Of a DNA stretch of 64,000 nucleotides, positions 58,130 to 64,000 are shown piece by piece. Below the pieces are notes generated by a model that saw only the letters and a program-made list of their open reading frames with translations, ran no database searches and was not told the DNA's origin. The position numbers and the translations under genes are program-made. The stretch comes from Chrysomallon squamiferum (taxonomy: Eukaryota; Animalia; Mollusca). The stretch covers positions 21,018,001 to 21,082,000 of the forward strand of contig CM022667.1 of NCBI GenBank assembly GCA_012295275.1, read 5' to 3'. Position 1 is the first letter of the stretch; every line of letters begins with the position of its first letter.

Positions 58130-58369
58130 TTAAATAAAAATAAAAATAAAAATTAATAATAAAACAAAACTCGTTTCGAATAACGTAATAATTACTAACA
58201 ATGTTTACAAAACATGCTGCGACATCCTAATAATTACTTTTAATCTTTTCTAAGATAACATCATTTCATATTAATTAACAAACTGAACGCTGTTTTTTTT
58301 TAACTCCTCCTGTTTAAATTATCCTATTGAAGAAGTTTGCATTTACTTTCATGTAAAATAAATACATCT

Positions 58370-58875
58370 TAAAGTAGTAATTGTTCGTTTCCAACGCAAC
58401 AATGGCGATAAAAAGAAATTCGACAAATGAACAACCATAATTATTAACAGGGCAATAAATTATTATTACAAATAAATAAATAAACAATAAATAAATTAGT
58501 AAATGTACAAATTAAAAATTCTATCTCATAAAAATGATGTTCCACACCTCAATAAAGAATTATTCAATTATCGACGATCGAATAAAACGTTTTAACTTTG
58601 TTCGGAAAAATCCGCAGGTGCGAAGCGTAGTCAGCGTAAATACTCGTTGTTCTACCGGAAGTTCAGATAAGAATTAATGAGAGGTAAACATATCGATCAT
58701 AACATAAAAAATGTGGTCGTCAACAGCACTGTAATTTATCAGGTCATAACATGTTGTCCAATCATTTATTCAATGAATAGACACGTTGTTGCAACGTCAG
58801 ATCTTTTGTCAAATTGATATTTTTTACTTCTCGTCACTTCTAAGTTCATAAATAAGTTGCCATTTGCAATTACTA
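58370..58875. promoter_or_regulatory. CpG-richer, probably bidirectional promoter region
   Basis: X-box-like GTTTCCAACGCAAC (58387-58400) and GTTGCCATTTGCAAT (~58856), ETS core ACCGGAAGT (~58654), DRE-like TATCGAT (~58692), CCGCAGGTGCGA (58612-58623), and a + strand donor GAG|GTAAAC at ~58683. Confidence 0.45.
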
Positions 58876-59764
58876 GAATTTCTATCAGTTACTGAACGAG
58901 TCTTAGTAGATCATGCATTCACATTCAGAAAACAACAGGGATTTAGTTAGCTTATGAAACATTTGTTATTTTATATTTACAACTTGGTCGGTTTTCCATT
59001 ACAGATAGAGCTCTACGATTATATTATCTGATCATTACTACATTAGTGATAGCTATTTTAAGTATTTAAGTTTTATTTTTAATTTTTTTTAATTTTTATT
59101 TTATATACCCCACCTCTTTTTTTTTACTTGTTAGATAGTCATATACATGTATATGTACAAATGTAATGTGGTTACGGTTCTTCTTTATATTCTGCTTATT
59201 GTTTATTTATTTTATTATTATTTTAAATTATTATCATTATTATAATTATTAATAATTTATTATTATTATTATTTATTTTATTATTATTATTATTATTATT
59301 ATAACTGAAGTTTGTAAATAAGTCAGGTGACACAGAAACACACATGGTGACACACTCAAATGAAAGAATTCCGATTGTTACCCCAGCTAGTTATCGCTCT
59401 AAATTCGTTTAATGGGGCTTTTATGGAAATACGGGCTTGGTTTTTCTGTGGATATTTTACGAAATAAAAAAATTATTTATTTTTAAATTTTATTATTGCT
59501 GACTCATTTTAAAAAAAAAAAAAAATAATAAAAAGTAAAAAAATAAAGTAAGAAATAAATAGTAGTAAAATGATAATAATAATAATAAAATAAGATAAAA
59601 TAAAATCCCTAACAAAAAAGAAAAAAATAACAAAACAAAACAAAACAAACACACAAAAAAAAAAAAAAAAAATCCACAACAACATGCTGAAGGTACCGTA
59701 AGTAGGGCACTCGCCCCGGAGCACCATCTTATATTTCATATTTTTAAAATATGAAGGAAAACTA

Positions 59765-59765
59765 A

Positions 59766-59817
<52 letters not shown>
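59765..59817. repeat. (AAAT)n microsatellite
   Basis: Seen directly. Confidence 0.93.
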
Positions 59818-60748
59818 AACATGAAATGTCTGTGAATGGAATCAAATTATGATTACTTCGAAAATAAAAGAATGAAGCAATACAAGAAGTATTTACAAAG
59901 ATTTATATTTTTATTTTATTTTTCATATTTTTGAGCTTGCTTTGGAAAGTTAATGATTTCAAGGGAGGTAATTTGTGGTGGTTGTGTTCCGTATTGTAAC
60001 CAGTCTTAGCTTGACTTAACGTTAGGTTGATTTTAGCCTACATTCAGTTTATTCTGCTAAATAATTGCATACGTTTTCATAAAAATGTTCTCATGGTTAT
60101 CTGGAGAAAACTAAATAAAATAAAAGCCGATGAAAATGAATAGAAAAAGCTTTTTGCCGAGGGCCTGATAAATTGGCAGTTGAAAGTTGCCAGAAGTCGG
60201 TCTCAAATGGTCGCATATCGAAAGTGTATAGTCATCAGTAAATTGATAATGCCTTTGAGACGTACAAACTGAAATACAGTTAGCTGTATAAACATGTTGC
60301 TTTGATAGGTTTAGTCTAGAGAACCATGTTTTTTTACTGTATCAAGTTTGCATCCAATTGACAAACACTGCTAATTATTAGTATCTAAAAGCAAATCGAT
60401 TGTTACCAGTCTGGAAACAAAGACATGTTCAGTAGCATCCTACTCTTCTCGACTAACCTAAATCCTTTTCTGCAAGAAGCCAACTCCACCCCAGCACCAT
60501 ATCATGTTCACTGTTGTGTGCCACATGATGTAGATGGTGCTTAACAAAGTTTATATTCTTCACAAAGCTTGTCCTTGTTAATTTTTACTCTTTTATTCGT
60601 AGAAAATTCTAGAGAACAATGCCTAATCTGTTTATATAATTTTTCATATTGTTTTATACTTATTTTCTTCTTGTTCCAATGGAGAAATCTTATTTATTAA
60701 GAAATGAAATACATGAGTTAACACGCACACAAAAATAGCGATATAGAT

Positions 60749-62547
60749 ATGCTACACGCTATAAATGGATCTATTCCTCGAGCAGCTATCAATGGCGTAA
60801 GCATAGATCGATCGCGAACAAATTACACGGAATGTTTTTCCCATTCATAAGATAACAATTTAACTGAAAATGGGAATTGTTATAAATTAACTTTATTTAT
60901 GTATAACCTGGTTATCACATCAAATATAATCTTAGTTAATGTTTGTTTTAAATAATGAACTTTTAAATAGCTTTTCTTATTTCCAACCGCAGATGACTAA
61001 TAGGATGCTTTGGGTTAACAGAACCCAATCACTAATTGATCCTGGATCAGTTGAATCCACAGCCATGTATGACTATCAAAGAAAGTTTTATTCTGAATGG
61101 AACAAAAACATGGGGAAAATAATTGAAATCTTTTTTTTTTTTATGTACATATTTTTACCACTAGATTTGTATTTTGTTATCGATATTAGATTTTGTTCAG
61201 TCTTATCTTTCAGTATAATTTCAAATAATATTTACATTGTTTTTCATATTTAAGTAAATATATTAGATAATTCTTTCTCTCAATAGTCGCTAAACCATTT
61301 CTCCATATTTAATATTTGTCGAAAATATGACAAAAATATTTACTGATATATTTTTTTAATTCAAACTCCATTCAGTAAATCGCCCAGTTATAAATAATTA
61401 CACAGATGATCAATCAAGTTCAGACAATGGTATCTTATGACGTTTTTCCTTATAATATAAGATTAATGATGACTATGCTGAGTTGATAAAAGCAAAATAC
61501 TTTGTGTGTGTGTGTGTTTATGTTTGTGTGTTAGAGAGATAGTTTACAGAAGCACAGATTAAAGGCTAGATTCTATGATGTGAGTATTAGAAATAAGTAT
61601 ATGTGTAAGAGAGAGAGAGAGAGGGATATGAAATATTAGAAATAAGTACGTGTGTGTGTGTGCGGTTGCTATGTAAACGCACGTCAATTTCTTTTTGCTA
61701 AAAATGGGGTTACCAATGCAGTCCGATCGCCTCGAAGCTCTTAGTTTTCCTGTTGTTTTTTTCTTTTTAAGAATAACAACTATGTTATAAGTTTACATGC
61801 ATAAATAATTTTATTTTATTTTATCTTACATTTAATATTTTACTCTTTTTTATATTTATTTGTTTATATAAAATGGCTGACATGGCTTTTATAATAAAAA
61901 GTAAATACAAATCATAATATCGATTATTGTTTTAGAAAATTTGTTCTAGCTTTTGATTTAGTCATATAATTTAATATAATTTACTTGATCCTTTGTTGTT
62001 GTTTTTGGTGTAGGAATAAGCATTCTTGACATTTAAAAACATATTCTTATTTAATAACTTATATTTTATACAATTTGGAACAATATTTGTTTGCACCATC
62101 ATACAAAAACATGTGACAAAATAAATATCGTATATTTATAATTACAATAATAAACGTTTATTTCAGGGCACTAATCTTGTTACAACTTGTAGCAATCTTA
62201 TTTGTAGTTAAGAACCTGATAGTCTACTGCATCATTGCAGGCAAATTAATATTAATTATCTTTCATAAGAAATAGAGAATACGTCTAAAATACGCACGCA
62301 CGCACACATACACACAGAGATATAAATATACCTATTGTCACACATATATCCTCTCTCACATCAATAAAACACTTATTCTAACACTTTTTTATTTCATTAT
62401 TCTTTTTAAAATTTATTTAATTTTATTATTATTATTCTTTTTAAAATTTATTTTGAATTTTGTTTCTTGTTTTTTATTTTTATTTAGGCTATCAAAATTT
62501 GGCCGTTGCTGTCGTCATTCTGGACATTTTGTTCCTTACAGGCAACT
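60749..62547 (+). CDS. Unidentified putative spliced gene, possibly a small membrane protein
   Basis: Candidate exons 60749-60796 (MLHAINGSIPRAAING|GTAAGC), 60993-61066 (MTNRMLWVNRTQSLIDPGSVESTA, AT|GTATGA), 62167-62240 (ALILLQLVAILFVVKNLIVYCIIA, needs a GC donor), 62488-62547 (GYQNLAVAVVILDILFLTGN|GTAAAT), possibly continuing at 63813. Acceptors are good; no homologue recognised. Confidence 0.3.
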
Positions 62548-63914
62548 GTAAATATCAACTACTTTCTTAGGTTAGGGTTATGGTTAGGGTATCGGTTTGG
62601 GTTAGAGTTATGGTTATGGTTATGATCAGGGTTAGTAGGTGTTAGCATTAGAATTAAGTTTTACGACGTATGATTAGGGCTAGAGATTCGGTTAGGGTTA
62701 GGGTTATGGCAAGGGTAAGGGTTAGGCTTAGGGCTAGTGTTAGGTTTAGGGTTAGTGTTAGTGTTAAATTTAGGTTTATTATGAGTTTAATGATCATGCG
62801 CAAAACAGTTTTACGATGAGAATTAGACATGGTATTAGTATAAGAATTAAGTTTAGTCCCTTACATTTACGTTTACAGTTAAATTAGGTTTAGGGCTTAG
62901 GGTTAGGGTTATTTAAATTTTATTATCAGTGTTACGACAATGTGCAAAATAATTTTTGGGTTTTTGATTAGAAGCCGCCTTAGCGTCAGAATTAGATTTA
63001 GAAGTTGAGCTAGGGTTAGGGTTAGGCTCAGGTTTATGATAATGTGCAAACTAATTTAGGGTCAGGGTTAGAAATAGTTTTAGAATGAAGGTCAGACACT
63101 TTTTTAAGAGTCAGAGTTAGGGTTATCATCAGACTCATAATAACCTCCAAATAACCCTCACCCTAACCCTAACGTAACGTAAATTCGAGTAGTGACCCTC
63201 AAATTATTTTGCACATTATCATAATAAAATTTAAATAACCATAACTCTAACCGTTTCATTAGCTCAACTTCTATACCTAATCATACTGAAGTCACGAACA
63301 TTCATTCTTACCATAACGCTATTTCCAATCGTATTTTCACATAATCATAACACTCAAAATAGAATTTAAATAATCCTCACTCTAACCCTAACCCTAACCC
63401 AGACTCTATTCCTAACTCTAACCCTAAGCTTAATGAGGTAGTTAAACTTCACTCTAATCCTAACACTAGTACTAATAAACCCAGATTATCATTAGACTCA
63501 TAATAAACTTTAAATAACACTCACACTAAGACTAACACTAACCCTAACTCTGACCTTAGCTCAACTTCTAAATCTAATCATACTCGAGTCCTCAATATTA
63601 ATTGTTCCGGTAACAATTAAAATGTTCGTGGTGATGTTGTTAACTTCATTATTGCATTCATCAGTATTATCAATATTACTATTTTGATTATTATCGTAAA
63701 AATTATTACTGTTGTTACTATTAATTTATTTCATTTCATTTTAATTATTGTTTGAAAACCAAATATTTTTAGTTTTCAGTTTTTATTAATTTGTTCTTCA
63801 CTAAATGTACAGGCATCTCTGTTTACCATTTAAGTGATGTCCGTCCTTCTCCTGCACTATTCTTAAGCAGAAGATACATGTGTAGATTCTCCTCTTCATT
63901 TTCCTCTTCTCATC
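62484..63914 (-). CDS. Possible 3' end of an unidentified gene entering from the right edge
   Basis: Exon 63827-63914 (strong TTTGTTTTCTCAG acceptor, G|GTAAAC donor; DEKRKMKRRIYTCIFCLRIVQEKDGHHLN) joins in phase to 62484-62545 (ATTTACAG acceptor; VACKEQNVQNDDSNGQILIA*). It overlaps the competing + strand model. Confidence 0.3.
62567..63580. repeat. Interstitial degenerate telomere-like array in head-to-head (fold-back) arrangement
   Basis: TTAGGG/TTATGG/TTAGTG variants on + from 62567 to ~63125, then CCCTAA/CTCTAA/CACTAA variants to 63580. Exact inverted matches: 62991-63012 with 63557-63578 (22 bp) and 62939-62955 with 63201-63217 (17 bp). Confidence 0.9.
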
Positions 63915-64000
63915 CTGAGAAAACAAACTGTAGAAATGTCAGTATTTCATTTGACAATCTATAAATCAAATAAAAGAAATAATTCCATCATTACAAGTGT

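Overview
AT-rich eukaryotic (animal) genomic DNA with many short GT-AG introns, microsatellites and TTAGGG-like repeats. A lophotrochozoan such as a mollusc is my inference, not something demonstrated. Most entries in the supplied ORF track are spurious or single exons. Splicing exons by hand gives, left to right: the 5' end of EDC4 (-, 4 exons in the window), a complete AGXT2 (-, 14 coding exons, 499 aa), a TE-filled spacer, a complete EMC4 (+, 5 exons, 184 aa), a complete RPGRIP1L (-, about 37 coding exons, about 1331 aa), and a 3-exon FAM217-like gene (-, 477 aa) carrying an extra tandem Cys-rich motif. The last 3.5 kb hold exon-like segments I cannot identify, which splice plausibly on either strand, and a 1-kb head-to-head degenerate TTAGGG/CCCTAA fold-back array. 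Several non-autonomous DNA transposons (hAT, pogo/Tigger-like, PIF/Harbinger-like) and a Tc1 remnant are present. Gene names come from remembered homologous protein sequences; no database search was run.
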